Assembly: GCA_965262925.1 (NCBI GenBank)
Contig: CBDHGC010000004.1
Coordinates: 2,385,112 to 2,449,111 of the forward strand
Length of the DNA stretch: 64,000 nt
Direction of reading: 5' to 3'
Origin: Vicinamibacterales bacterium
GTDB lineage: Bacteria; Acidobacteriota; Vicinamibacteria; Vicinamibacterales; UBA8438
Under the pieces are notes generated by a model, which saw only the letters and a list, made by a program, of their open reading frames with translations, was not told the DNA's origin and searched no databases. Shown here in pieces: positions 44,616-53,613 of this stretch (positions are counted from its first letter, which is position 1; each line of letters opens with the position of its first letter). A program made the position numbers and the translations under genes.

Positions 44616-44626
44616 TATTAGGCCGG

Positions 44627-44658
44627 TGGGCGAGGTGCCGGGAGTTGAACCCGTGTCC
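44627..44658 (-). tRNA. tRNA 3'-end fragment (T-arm plus acceptor plus CCA), putative relic att site
   Basis: The minus strand reads GGACACGGGTTCAACTCCCGGCACCTCGCCCA. This has a GGTTCAAxTCC T-loop with flanking stem, a 7-nt acceptor 3' strand, a discriminator base and CCA. No complementary 5' acceptor strand exists upstream, so it is not a complete gene. Confidence 0.5.
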
Positions 44659-44669
44659 AGTAGCGGCTT

Positions 44670-45080
44670 TCACTCGTCCACGATCACCGACGACTCCTCC
44701 TCGCCGCCGCGGACCCGCACCAGGTCGAAGGTCGCCGCCGCGCTGTGCGGCTCGGACGGCTGCGGGAGGATGCGCACCGAGACGTCCTTGACCTGCAGCT
44801 CCTCGTCCCGCAACCCGACCGCCGTGGCCGCCACGTCATCGGCCTGCTCAGTGTAGGTGGCGTTCGCCACCTGCGGCGTCAGGAACCCGCGAGACCGCTC
44901 CCAGTACTCGCGGACCGTGCCCCGCCGCCGCGAGTAGTGGTCGACGACGAACCCCGTGGTCGGGTCGAGCGGGTCGGCCTGAGCCTCCATCGCCTCGTAG
45001 GCCACCGCCTCGGCGCGGCCGACCTCGTCGACGCGCACGACCAGGGGCTTCGGTTGCGGCGCCGACGCGAGGCGGACCAC
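44670..45080 (-). pseudogene. TrbF/VirB8-like conjugal transfer protein remnant
   Basis: …PQPKPLVVRVDEVGRAEAVAYEA… resembles the TrbF PYVVEVDxLGxA core, and the C-terminal NTF2-like strands resemble …VSVRILPQPS…FDLVRVRGGEE. The predicted TM segment (VSLVILVLG) lies in a different frame (about 45080), indicating a frameshift. Confidence 0.4.
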
Positions 45081-45207
45081 CGCAATCCCAGGACCAGGAT
45101 CACCAGCGACACAGCGCCCCGGTCACGCGCGTAGATGCCGCGCCGCGTGCATCTGCTCTTCCCAGATCACGGCGGACTCCCGCGCCGCCGACGTGACACT
45201 CCTCCCG

Positions 45208-45667
45208 TTACTGCCACGCACGCCACCGCCGCCGACTGCACCGCGCGGGTCGACGCCCCGAGCCGACGTTACCGCCGCCCGAGACGAGCATCTGCGTCAG
45301 CTCGCCGACCTTGAGCGGCGCCAGACCGGTCGTCGTGATGGTGACCAGCGACCGCCGCCACGCGGTCATGATCCCGGTCGGCCCCGACCTCTCCACGCCG
45401 GCCGCCATGTCGCCCGTCCACCCCTGGACGACGAACACGCCCAGCTCGGTGATGATGCCGAAAGATCGCGTCGGCCACCGCACCGTAGAGCGAGTAGACG
45501 AGCACGGTCCGGAACCAGTCCCAGAAGAGGAACGAGAGCTGCGAGAAGACCATCCAGGGATGAAGGCCGATCCGCCAACCGTCCCCAGTCGGCTCAGATA
45601 GTCCTGCAGAGTGTGATTGAGTCCAGATCAAAATTAGGAACGGAATGGGCAATGAAAATTCTACCAT
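45208..45667 (-). pseudogene. possible TrbL/VirB6-like remnant (frameshifted)
   Basis: Hydrophobic segments are split over two minus frames (…WMVFSQLSFLFWDWFRTVLVYSLYGAVADAIF / GIITELGVFVVQGWTGDMAAG…). Its position immediately upstream of the TrbF-like ORF matches trbL-trbF order. This is a weak call. Confidence 0.3.
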
Positions 45668-46116
45668 GCTTGTAAATTATTCATTATGCAGGGGTTACAT
45701 CTACAGCGCGGAGTTCGGTGCGGAAGCCACCGCGCGTTGCATGAACCCCGGCAATTCTTGGCGCACAGCATCGGCCAGGGGGATGGTCGTACCGTATTTC
45801 ATGCACAATTGGCGCGCGGATTCCCGTGGACTTCCCCGGATGACCTATGCTGACACGCTCCAGATGCTTTCCGGCGTCACGCAGCCGGCCGGCACCTGCA
45901 GCAGCGCCACGTGCGTCAGCAGCGGCGCGATCGCCGGCCGCGGCCAGCGACACCGGAGTCTGGACCATTCGAGCGGCCGCACTTTGTTCACCGGGTCCAG
46001 GTCGCTGCCCGCGTTGGAGTTCCTCGTCGGATCGGTCCCGGCGGCCGCCGCCGGTCACCGGCACCGTCAGTTCTGGTCGGCCGGCGCGCCAATCGGCTAG
46101 CAGGTCGATCGAGGCG

Positions 46117-46308
46117 TCAGGTCACATCGACGCGTAGCGGCGTGTACCGTCCGAGGGCGTCGAAGTCGCCATCGCAGTGCAGGACCGGCAGGTCGGCGCG
46201 GACGGCCAACGCGCCGATGGGACAGTCCATGAGAACGCGAACGGTCTCGCCCCGACGGCGGCACTGCCGATACAGCACCGCGGCCCGATCGAAGTCGCCG
46301 GGCTGCAT
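46117..46308 (-). pseudogene. PIN-domain (VapC-like) toxin C-terminal fragment
   Basis: …AAVLYRQCRRRGETVRVLMDCPIGALAVRADLPVLHCDGDFDAL… matches the C-terminal half of PIN toxins (xxGxxIxxxDxxIAAxAxxxxxxLxTxDxDF). The N-terminal half is missing. Confidence 0.5.
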
Positions 46309-46374
46309 CGGCCGCGCGGGGCTCCGGCACCGTCGAAGAGCGACGTTCGCCTTGCGGAGCTACGTCCGCCGTCC

Positions 46375-46947
46375 TCAGTTCGCCGCTGCGCTTTCGACCG
46401 GCTCGATTCTCAGCACCGCCCCTGCCTCGTGGTCCGTCGTCACGTACAGCAGGCCATCCGGTCCCTGCTTCACGTCGCGGATCCGCTGGTTGAGCTCGGT
46501 CAGCAGCGGGATGTGACGCACCGGCAGTCCCCGCTGGTTGAGGACGATGCGTTGCAGTTGGGTGGTGGACATCCCGCCGATGAACAGGCTCCCCTTCCAC
46601 GCCGGAAACGCGTCGCCCGTATAGAGGGCCATGCCGCCGGGAGAGATGACGGGGTACCAGTAGAGCAACGGCTGCTCCATGCCGGACGCGCAGGGCTCGG
46701 CCAATTCCGGGCCCGTCCCGCCGGTGCCGACCGTGGCTTCCCCGGTGTACGCGCGGCCGTACGAGACGACCGGCCAGCCGTAGTTCCGGCCCGGCCTGAC
46801 GATGTTGAGCTCGTCGCCGCCCTGCGGGCCGTGCTCCACCTCCCAGAGCTCGCCCGTCTCGGGATGAACGATCAGGCCTAGCGGATCGCGGAACCCCAGG
46901 GCGTAGATCTCCGGCCGATAGGCGGGGTCGCCTGCGAAGGGATTGTC
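46375..46947 (-). pseudogene. PQQ-dependent sugar (sorbosone/glucose) dehydrogenase, C-terminal 190 aa only
   Basis: …EIYALGFRDPLGLIVHPETGELWEVEHGPQGGDELNIVRPGRNYGWPVVSYG… is the hallmark of soluble PQQ sugar dehydrogenases. Upstream it abuts an IstB fragment. Confidence 0.75.
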
Positions 46948-46959
46948 GGACGGCGGTGA

Positions 46960-47188
46960 TCCACGATCAATACGTCCCACTGCTCGCGTTCCCGAGCGAG
47001 CCCACGCCGGCCGAACACCTCGCCCCATTCGCCGACAGAACGGTTCGAGGTGATCAGGATCCCTGGCGCGGATTCCTGTCGCCCCACAACGGCGGTCTTC
47101 GCTGGCGGCGTCCCAAGCGTTGGTGCTGCCGGTGTCTGGCCGACTGGCGCCGTGGCGGCAGGCAGTTGTGGGAGCCTCTGTTGTGGCG
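46960..47188 (-). pseudogene. IstB (IS21 helper) internal/C-terminal fragment, copy 1
   Basis: …ESAPGILITSNRSVGEWGEVFG… matches the IstB xxIITSNxxFxEWxxVFG motif. The segment 47061-47188 is repeated at 49911-50038. Confidence 0.45.
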
Positions 47189-47216
47189 CGTCGCCGCGGT
47201 TCGCCGTTCTCCTGTG

Positions 47217-47597
47217 TCACCGTGGCGGTATGTCGTCTCCCCGCCTCTTGCTGGCTACTGCCGCCGCTGTTCCTGCCGCAGGTTTCGGTGCTTCGGCAGG
47301 TTCGGGTGCTTGCGGATAGGTTGGGTGCTTCCTGTCGCTCGTGATCGTCGGGCTCGGGAATCGTTCCCGCGTTTGCTCCACGAGGCGTTCCGGGCTCGGA
47401 TGATTTCTCAGCCCGTTGGCTAGCCGTTGCGCCGAGCGTCGCAGCTTGCCGCCGCTTCCTTGGGCCATCCGTTCTACTTCGTCGATCGTCTTGTTGATCA
47501 CTTCCCTTGGCGACGCATCGTCGTTCCGCGGCCAGCAGGCGATCAGTCCAGCCTGCAGCCATTTTTCCAGACCCGCCTGGGACCGCGTCCATCCCAT
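47217..47597 (-). CDS. hypothetical protein
   Basis: Track ORF with moderate codon bias (MGWTRSQAGLEKWLQAGLIACWPRNDDASPREVINKTIDEVERMAQGSGGKLRR…). No recognisable motif. Confidence 0.3.
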   Translation of the reverse strand: MGWTRSQAGLEKWLQAGLIACWPRNDDASPREVINKTIDEVERMAQGSGGKLRRSAQRLANGLRNHPSPERLVEQTRERFPSPTITSDRKHPTYPQAPEPAEAPKPAAGTAAAVASKRRGDDIPPR

Positions 47598-47686
47598 TAG
47601 GGTTCCGTCGGCCGGATAGATTACCGGCTTAGGACACTGCCCTAAACTAGTTTTTCACTTGCCGATTTTCTGGTCATACTGGAGGT

Positions 47687-48540
47687 ATGAAGCGAGACAT
47701 CGAGCTGGAAGCGACCCTTGTTGCGAAGTATGCCGCCGTCGAGCCCGTGTTGGACGAGCGCAGTCGCCGCCGGTGGGCGGCGGCCGAGTCGCGCGCTATC
47801 GGCTACGGCGGCGACGCGGTGGTTTCGTCGGCCACCGGTCTGGCTCGGGAGACGATTCGCAAGGGACGCCGGGAGATTTCCCGCGACGAGGCGCCGACGG
47901 ACCGCATCCGACGCCCTGGAGGCGGAAGGCCTCGCATCCAGCAGGATCAACCCGGCATTGAGGCCGCGCTCGAAGCCTTGGTGGATCCGCTGACGCGCGG
48001 AGACCCGACCTCGCCGCTGCGCTGGACGTGCAAGAGTCGCGCAAAGCTGGCGGCGGCGCTGAACGAGCAGGGGTGGCGGGTGAGTTCGACCACTGTGGGC
48101 CGGCTGCTGCACCGCCTGGGCTACCGGCTGCAATCGCCGCGCAAGCGGCAGGAAGGCGCCACGCATCCGGACCGCAACGCGCAGTTCGAGCACATCAACC
48201 AGACCGCGGACGCGCATCTGACCGCTGGCCAGCCGGTGATCTCGGTCGACACGAAGAAGAAAGAGCTGGTCGGGAACTTCAAGAACGGCGGGCGCGAATG
48301 GCAGCCGAAGGGCACGCCGCCGGCGGTGCTGGTGCATGATTTCCCGACCGACGCCGAGGGCAAGGCGATTCCGTACGGCGTCTACGACATGGCGCGCAAC
48401 GAAGCCTGGGTGAGCGTGGGCTGGGACCACGACACACCGGCGTTCGCGGTGGCGTCGATTCGACACTGGTGGCATCAGATGGGTTGCGGCGCCTACCCCG
48501 AGGCCACGACCCTGTTCATCACGGCCGATGCGGGCGGCGT
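47687..48540 (+). pseudogene. ISAzo13-family transposase, 3' truncated
   Basis: …IRRPGGGRPRIQQDQPGIEAALEALVDPLTRGDPTSPLRWTCKSRAKLAAALNEQG…ISVDTKKKELVGNFKNGGREW…ITADAGG follows the family pattern. It then loses similarity at about 48540, where a minus-strand PIN-like fragment abuts. Confidence 0.75.
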
Positions 48541-48735
48541 CTCGCGTTGCAGCAACCGTTCGGCGGTGGTCAGGCCATCGCTCGTTGTTGCCAGCAGCCC
48601 GTGCGGTGCCAACTCGAGTCCGACCGTCGGAGACATCGTCGCCTTGCGACCATCGATCTCCGCCCAAGCCGCGTGCAGCTTTCGCGGCAACGGCCGCAGC
48701 AACTCGCTCGTGTCGAGCAGAATCAGACGCCCCAT
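48493..48735 (-). pseudogene. PIN-like toxin N-terminal fragment
   Basis: MGRLILLDTSELLRPLPRKLHAAWAEIDGRKATMSPTVGLELAPHGL… has an LLDTS start typical of PIN/VapC. It is truncated after ~65 residues, and its start overlaps the stop of the upstream small ORF. Confidence 0.4.
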
Positions 48736-48953
48736 CGGTCCATCATCGCGATCGTTTCTTCGATCTCCCTGTCGTATGCCTTCCGCTCCGCCTCGGTTTC
48801 GTGATACCCGTTGTCCTCCTCGCCCCCGTAGTACACCTCCTCGGCTAGCGCCTTGGCCTCGGCTTCGCTCGCGTCCGGCCCGAGGGCCTCGCGTGCTCTT
48901 GCGCGCAGCCGGTCCTCGAGTTCACGTTCAACTTGGATTACGTTGAGCCCCAT
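48723..48953 (-). CDS. small acidic protein, putative antitoxin partner (copy 1)
   Basis: MGLNVIQVERELEDRLRARAREALGPDASEAEAKALAEEVYYGGEEDNGYHETEAERKAYDREIEETIAMMDRWG. It overlaps the PIN-like ORF start in a typical toxin-antitoxin arrangement. Confidence 0.4.
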   Translation of the reverse strand: MGLNVIQVERELEDRLRARAREALGPDASEAEAKALAEEVYYGGEEDNGYHETEAERKAYDREIEETIAMMDRWGV

Positions 48954-49186
48954 CGTCTCTCTCTCTGTGCTTGGTGGTGTCGCTCTTCGCTTACCAGGTT
49001 CGGTCCAAGCGCCGCCCTCTCATCGCGCCACCCTGTCCGCGAACCCGGTGCGGCATTGACGGTGCCCTGCGCACCGAGCGGGCGAGCTCGAAGGCCACGG
49101 TGGGCGGCTCATCGTCTTCCAGCCATGAAGTGCTGCCCAGGCGCTGTGCAGCTTCCGTTGCGTCGGCCGCAGCAGCTCGCTCGTGT

Positions 49187-49420
49187 CTAGTAGGCACCCT
49201 TCCCCCACCGGTCCATTTCCTCGATGGCCAGTCGCGTTCTTCGCTGGCGCCGTGCACGTTCTCCGTCGGTCTCTGGAGCCATGTCGGTGGCTGCCGGCCC
49301 GTTGTACACCTCGCCGGCAAGTCGCTCGACTTCGCTGTCGGTCGCTTGAGGTCCCAGCGCCTCGCGGGCCGTCTTGCGCAGCGTTTCCTGCAGTTCGCGT
49401 TCCACTTGCACAACTCTCAC
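49187..49420 (-). CDS. small acidic protein, putative antitoxin partner (copy 2)
   Basis: GTG at 49420. VRVVQVERELQETLRKTAREALGPQATDSEVERLAGEVYNGPAATDMAPETDGERARRQRRTRLAIEEMDRWGKGAY is a paralog of 48723-48953. It is followed by a second, shorter LLDTSELLRPTQRKLHSAWAAL fragment. Confidence 0.4.
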   Translation of the reverse strand: MRVVQVERELQETLRKTAREALGPQATDSEVERLAGEVYNGPAATDMAPETDGERARRQRRTRLAIEEMDRWGKGAY

Positions 49421-49910
49421 TGTTATCCGTGATCTCCCTGGCGCGGCCACGGCCGCAGCACCTCGCTGGTCGCGGCGGGCAACCGCCGGTTCCCACGTCG
49501 TGGGTTCTCGCGTGCCCCTTGCGGGTTGTGCTCGTGGTGCCGCCGTTGCTCGGCGGTGTCCTTGAGGATCATTCCGTGTCTCGTCGCAGCCGGCTCCTTG
49601 TGAGCATCGTACCACCCTGCGATCTCCGATTGATGCGTAGTTCGGATTTCCGCGGCACCGGCGGCCGGCAAAGGCAACGGTGCGCGCAGCGGGTCGCGGC
49701 TTCTGTTGCCGGTGCAACCCCCTGCCCCCCCTTGCCGGTTCCTCGGTTCCCGTAGTTGGCGTGGACGCTCGGCACTGTACCCGACGGGGGTTGCTGGCCA
49801 GCTCACATCCGTCGACACGAATGAGTGGTCTCGGACCGTCGGCCCAGGCGCTCGTCGCCGCGTTGACCGGTCTGACCGGGCTTCCGGATCTGTCGCACCT
49901 GACGTTGTTG

Positions 49911-50038
49911 CCCTGGCGCGGATTCCTGTCGCCCCACAACGGCGCTCTTCGCTGGCGGCGTTCCAAGCGTTGGTGCTGCCGGTGTCTGGCCGACTGGCGC
50001 CGTGGCGGCAGGCAGTTGTGAGGTTGCCCCGATCCCGT
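49911..50038 (-). pseudogene. IstB fragment, copy 2
   Basis: 128-nt near-identical repeat of 47061-47188, cut at about 50042 by the IS1634-family element. Confidence 0.4.
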
Positions 50039-50042
50039 GGAC

Positions 50043-52135
50043 GGGTTAACCCAAGTTTACCAACCACAAAACTAAACCAATTTAGAATCAGTGGTTTACG
50101 CCGACAGAAATGCCCGAGTGGCACTACAAACGCGCACAAACCGGGGGGCGGTCGGTCAGACGAGCGTCTTGCGGACGCCGCCGGGGTGTGGGTCGACGCC
50201 GAGCGCGTCGTAGATGGCCCGCTGATCGAGTTCGGCTTGGGTTGCCGTGCGCACATGCAGCGTGCGTCCGTCGGGACGGCGGAAGGTGGCGGTGACGCGC
50301 TGCTGGCCTTCGAGGACGCGGCGTAGCGTGGTCCACCTGGCGTGTTCGCCGTGCGCGCGCAGCCGAGTGCGGATGACCTGCACAAGCTGGTAGGCGATGA
50401 CGGTGATGAACAGGTGGCCGTCGGCCCGCGCCGGCTTGCGGTGGTAGATCGGGCGCAGGCCGAGTTCGGACTTGAGCGAGCGGAAGACGGCCTCGACGTC
50501 GGTGAGCGTGGTGTAGGTGCGCCACAAGGCGTCTTCGTCCCAGTCGGTCTCGCTGCTGCGCAGGCAGTAGACGCCCGGATGGGTAACCATCGAGCCGTCC
50601 TGGGGGCGGCGGGTCCAGGTGACGGCAACGGCCTGGTCGCCGGCCTCGTTGGCGGTGACGCTGATCTGGTAGTGCGCGGCGACGCGGGAATGCTTGGCTT
50701 TCAGCCGTCCGATGCGTTGCCAGACCTGGTCGAGCCGCTTGTGCGCGCGGGGACGCGACAGCCCGTCGTTGAGCTTCGTCAGGGCGGTCTCGAAGCGGGA
50801 GGCGAAACGCTCGACGATGCCCCGCTCCTTCTCGGCCCGCTCCTCGGAGTAGCAGTACAGGCGCACTTCGTCGGGGTCGGTCGAGACCACCTTGTGCATG
50901 TGCACGGTCTGGTCCGACTGCGTCTGGAGCGACACGGCGGCATCGGCATCGAAGCGGCGGTGGCGTTCGCGGCTGACCACCAGATAGCGGTAGCCGTTGT
51001 CGCGCAACCAAGTCACACAGGCGTCGGTGGCGACACCGCGGTCCATCACCACCAGGGCGCCGACCGGCGCCTCCAGTGCTTCGAGCATCCCGGCCAGCGT
51101 CCGGTGTTCGCGGACGTTGCCGGCGAAGACCTTCGAGCGGCGCACGAAGCCGCTGGCATCGAGCATCAGGCCCAGGGTCAGCAGCGGGCAGTCGCTGCGC
51201 TTCTCCTTCGAGTGCCCGCGTTGGGCCTGCGGCTGGTCGCTCGCCTCGCCCTCGAAGTAGGTGTTGGTCAGGTCGTAGAGCGTCACCGTCGGCTGCAGGT
51301 CGAACAGCCCCATCGCGCGGTCGAACAGGTGCTCCTCGATCGCCTCGCGATGCTTCACCAGCACGTCCGAGGCGCGGTAGAGCTGCATCGCCCCGACGGT
51401 CTCGAAGTCGACGCCGAGCAACTCCCCGAGACCGCTGCGCTGCTGCAGCCAGCGGTGCGTCGCGCGCTCCGAGGCGGGCGCGGCCAGACGCCCGACGATG
51501 GCGCCGGTGGCCGCGCTGCGCAGGGCGCCGTTGACGCCCAACCGGGTCAGCAGTGCCGGCAGGTCCAGTTGCTCGAGCGCCCACAGGCCGACCTGCTCCA
51601 CGCCGACGCTGCGGGGGCGGACCAGCCGCAACGAGTCGACGTCGACCGGCTGCACATCGGTCGGTCCGGCGGTCGGCGCAGCCGCGCCGCGGGCGATCAG
51701 CTGCGCCGCGATCCGTTGCGCTTCCTCCTCCACGGCAGGCGGACAATCGGCCACCAGCGGCGCCTGACCGCTCAACGCATCGTTGATGCGGGCGCACAGC
51801 AGTGGCCAGTCCGTCTGGGGAATATCGAAATGGCGACCGAGGTTGAGGAGGGTGCGCTGGCGCACGCTGCTGCCGAGGCGTTCGGCGTGCACGAGGCGAT
51901 GAGAGAAGTAGGGTCTTCCGTCCTCGGTCCGCCGGGTTTGGGTGCGCCGAATGAACATGTCGCCCACCATAGCGGACGCACCCTGCCCCATGCAAGCATT
52001 CTTTTACGATTATGGCACTACATTTATCTCTGACAAAACCCGATCCTTTATAATCAACAAGTTACAGGCCCCGCACTCCCCGAAAACCGCCCAAATCCGC
52101 AAAACGACCGCCAATCTTGGTAAAGATGGGTTAAC
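50043..52135 (-). mobile_element. IS1634-family (IS4-superfamily) insertion sequence (about 2.1 kb)
   Basis: Terminal inverted repeats GGGTTAACCCAAGTTTACCAA (50043-) and TTGGTAAAGATGGGTTAAC (-52135). It encloses a single large transposase gene. Confidence 0.8.
50156..51991 (-). CDS. IS1634-family transposase
   Basis: …MFIRRTQTRRTEDGRPYFSHRLVHAERLGSSVRQRTLLNLG…TLYDLTNTYFEG…GHSKEKRSDCPLLTLGLMLDASGF…VVMDRGVAT…YRYLVVSRE…LGLRPIYHRKPARADGHLFITVIAYQLV. The true start may be the internal MFIRR (51958). Confidence 0.9.
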   Translation of the reverse strand: MGQGASAMVGDMFIRRTQTRRTEDGRPYFSHRLVHAERLGSSVRQRTLLNLGRHFDIPQTDWPLLCARINDALSGQAPLVADCPPAVEEEAQRIAAQLIARGAAAPTAGPTDVQPVDVDSLRLVRPRSVGVEQVGLWALEQLDLPALLTRLGVNGALRSAATGAIVGRLAAPASERATHRWLQQRSGLGELLGVDFETVGAMQLYRASDVLVKHREAIEEHLFDRAMGLFDLQPTVTLYDLTNTYFEGEASDQPQAQRGHSKEKRSDCPLLTLGLMLDASGFVRRSKVFAGNVREHRTLAGMLEALEAPVGALVVMDRGVATDACVTWLRDNGYRYLVVSRERHRRFDADAAVSLQTQSDQTVHMHKVVSTDPDEVRLYCYSEERAEKERGIVERFASRFETALTKLNDGLSRPRAHKRLDQVWQRIGRLKAKHSRVAAHYQISVTANEAGDQAVAVTWTRRPQDGSMVTHPGVYCLRSSETDWDEDALWRTYTTLTDVEAVFRSLKSELGLRPIYHRKPARADGHLFITVIAYQLVQVIRTRLRAHGEHARWTTLRRVLEGQQRVTATFRRPDGRTLHVRTATQAELDQRAIYDALGVDPHPGGVRKTLV

Positions 52136-52179
52136 GCTTGCCGGTTCACATCATGACACGAGGGGGCGGAAGTCCGCGG

Positions 52180-52664
52180 CTATGCGGAGTTCGGGACTAT
52201 GCTGAGTCGCTTGAGGGGTTCACTCTCAAGTGCCTGCTGGAACGAGGGTTGCGTGAGCTGACCGATTCCCGAGACTCCGCATAGTCGGGATGCTCTGTCC
52301 GGGCTGATTGGCCGGAAGGGGTTTTCCATGACCGTTCACGGCTCGTGGACCGTCGACCGTCTGGTCGAGGCGTACACGCACCACCAACGACGTACGCGCG
52401 GCTTGCGTCCTCAGACGTTGCGCAACCGCGCTTGGCTCGTCCGGATGCTCGTCCGGGTCACTCTTGGCCGGACCTGAGGCTGCACTCCGCCGGTGCGTCA
52501 AGGATCCCGCACCTCAGCCACTCCGCTTCACGGCCACCGACCGACTCCTCGACTTCCTGGAAGCCCTTGGAAGCCCCCTGACTATGCGGAGTACCCCTGC
52601 ACGAAATCGTCTGGGTCCACGCGGGTCGCCGAGCCAACTCAGCATAGTCCTGAACTCCGCATAG
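52180..52664. mobile_element. 485-bp element bounded by 27-bp inverted repeats, carrying tyrosine-recombinase N-terminal remnants (non-autonomous or deleted element)
   Basis: CTATGCGGAGTTCGGGACTATGCTGAG at 52180-52206 and its reverse complement (26/27) at 52638-52664. Internal copies of the CTATGCGGAG sub-motif lie near 52276 (inverted) and 52586 (direct). A 49-codon ORF from 52328 (MTVHGSWTVDRLVEAYTHHQRRTRGLRPQTLRNRAWLVRMLV…) looks like an integrase SAM-like N-terminal domain. Confidence 0.4.
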
Positions 52665-52676
52665 ACTCCTTTTTCT

Positions 52677-53051
52677 TCACAGGACGCTCACTCCTTCGCG
52701 TTCGACCACCTGGTGAAAGTCGGCTTTCCACTCACCGAGCTCGGTCCACTCGCTCTCGGTATGGGTCAGCACCACCGGCAGCGAGTCGGGCGCGCCGGGT
52801 AGCTCGTCGCTCAGGGCCTCAATGGCCTCCCCGCTTGCTTTAGCCTCGTCGCTGATGATGACGAGGATGTCGATGTCGCTCTCGGCATGCCAGTCGCCCC
52901 GCGCCTTCGATCCGAAGAGCAGCGCTCTGCGCACCACGTGCGCGTAGTCGCGCCGGATCGCTTCGACGAACGCCTCGAGCCACGCCTTCTCCGGCGTGGG
53001 CCATTCGCTCGACAGCGCTCTGACCTGTGCCGGAATTGTCCTGCCCTTCAA
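52677..53051 (-). CDS. MNT-type (minimal) nucleotidyltransferase domain protein
   Basis: TTG at 53051. …LLFGSKARGDWHAESDIDILVIISDE… is the GSxARGxxxxxSDIDLLV pol-beta NTase signature. No HEPN partner is visible. Confidence 0.6.
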   Translation of the reverse strand: MKGRTIPAQVRALSSEWPTPEKAWLEAFVEAIRRDYAHVVRRALLFGSKARGDWHAESDIDILVIISDEAKASGEAIEALSDELPGAPDSLPVVLTHTESEWTELGEWKADFHQVVEREGVSVL

Positions 53052-53284
53052 ACCCGGACCCCCTCGACCGCAGCGCGCTGGCTGGCGGTCGTCTCCTTGG
53101 TCATCGGTTCCCGCTTCCCCCTGGCTCTGTCCAGAACCCTTCCTGGTGGTTCTGCCCCGATTCGAGTTCGCGCCCGCGGCGTCTCGATCCACCGGGGCTG
53201 AAACGCTGTTCGGTTCCGATGCTACCAGCGTCTGACGCGTGGTGGGAGATGATGCGGGCGCCGACGCCTCGACGTGAGTTCGTC

Positions 53285-53613
53285 GTGTCCGTCCCCGCGC
53301 TCGCGGGGCGCGTGACGCGCTTCCCGCCGCGCGCTCAGACATGACCGGTGGATCCCCGCGTGTGCGGGGAAGCCATCGTCGTCGTCGTCGTGGTGTTCGG
53401 GGGTCCATCCCCGCGCGCGCGGGGCAGCCGGAGGCGGGGACTCTACCCCGCCTTGGTGGTCGGGTCCATCCCCGCGCGCGCGGGGCAGCCCACGGGAAGC
53501 CCTGCCGGTGGCGTGGCACGCGCGGTCGCTCCCCGCTGGCGCGGGGCGGAGGTCGCCGGAGGCGAGGCGCGGCCACAGCGGCTCGGGTCGATCCCCGCTC
53601 TGGCGGGGTCCTC
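53285..53613 (-). CRISPR. degenerate orphan CRISPR array, type I-E-like repeat, 6 repeats
   Basis: 29-nt repeats start at 53285, 53346, 53401, 53462, 53523 and 53585. The period is 61-62 nt except for one 55-nt interval. Two copies are identical (GGGTCCATCCCCGCGCGCGCGGGGCAGCC) and four are decayed. The minus-strand form GGCTGCCCCGCGCGCGCGGGGATGGACCC has the I-E-type CCCCGC-N-GCGGGGA stem. Spacers are 32, 26, 32, 32 and 33 nt and unrelated to each other. There are no cas genes in the window. Confidence 0.75.

Noticed and set aside
45645-46100. 151-aa plus ORF and 126-aa minus ORF in the lower-GC patch
   Set aside because: Neither has a recognisable motif. Codon bias switches frame repeatedly on the minus strand, suggesting remnants. 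There is not enough evidence to call a gene.
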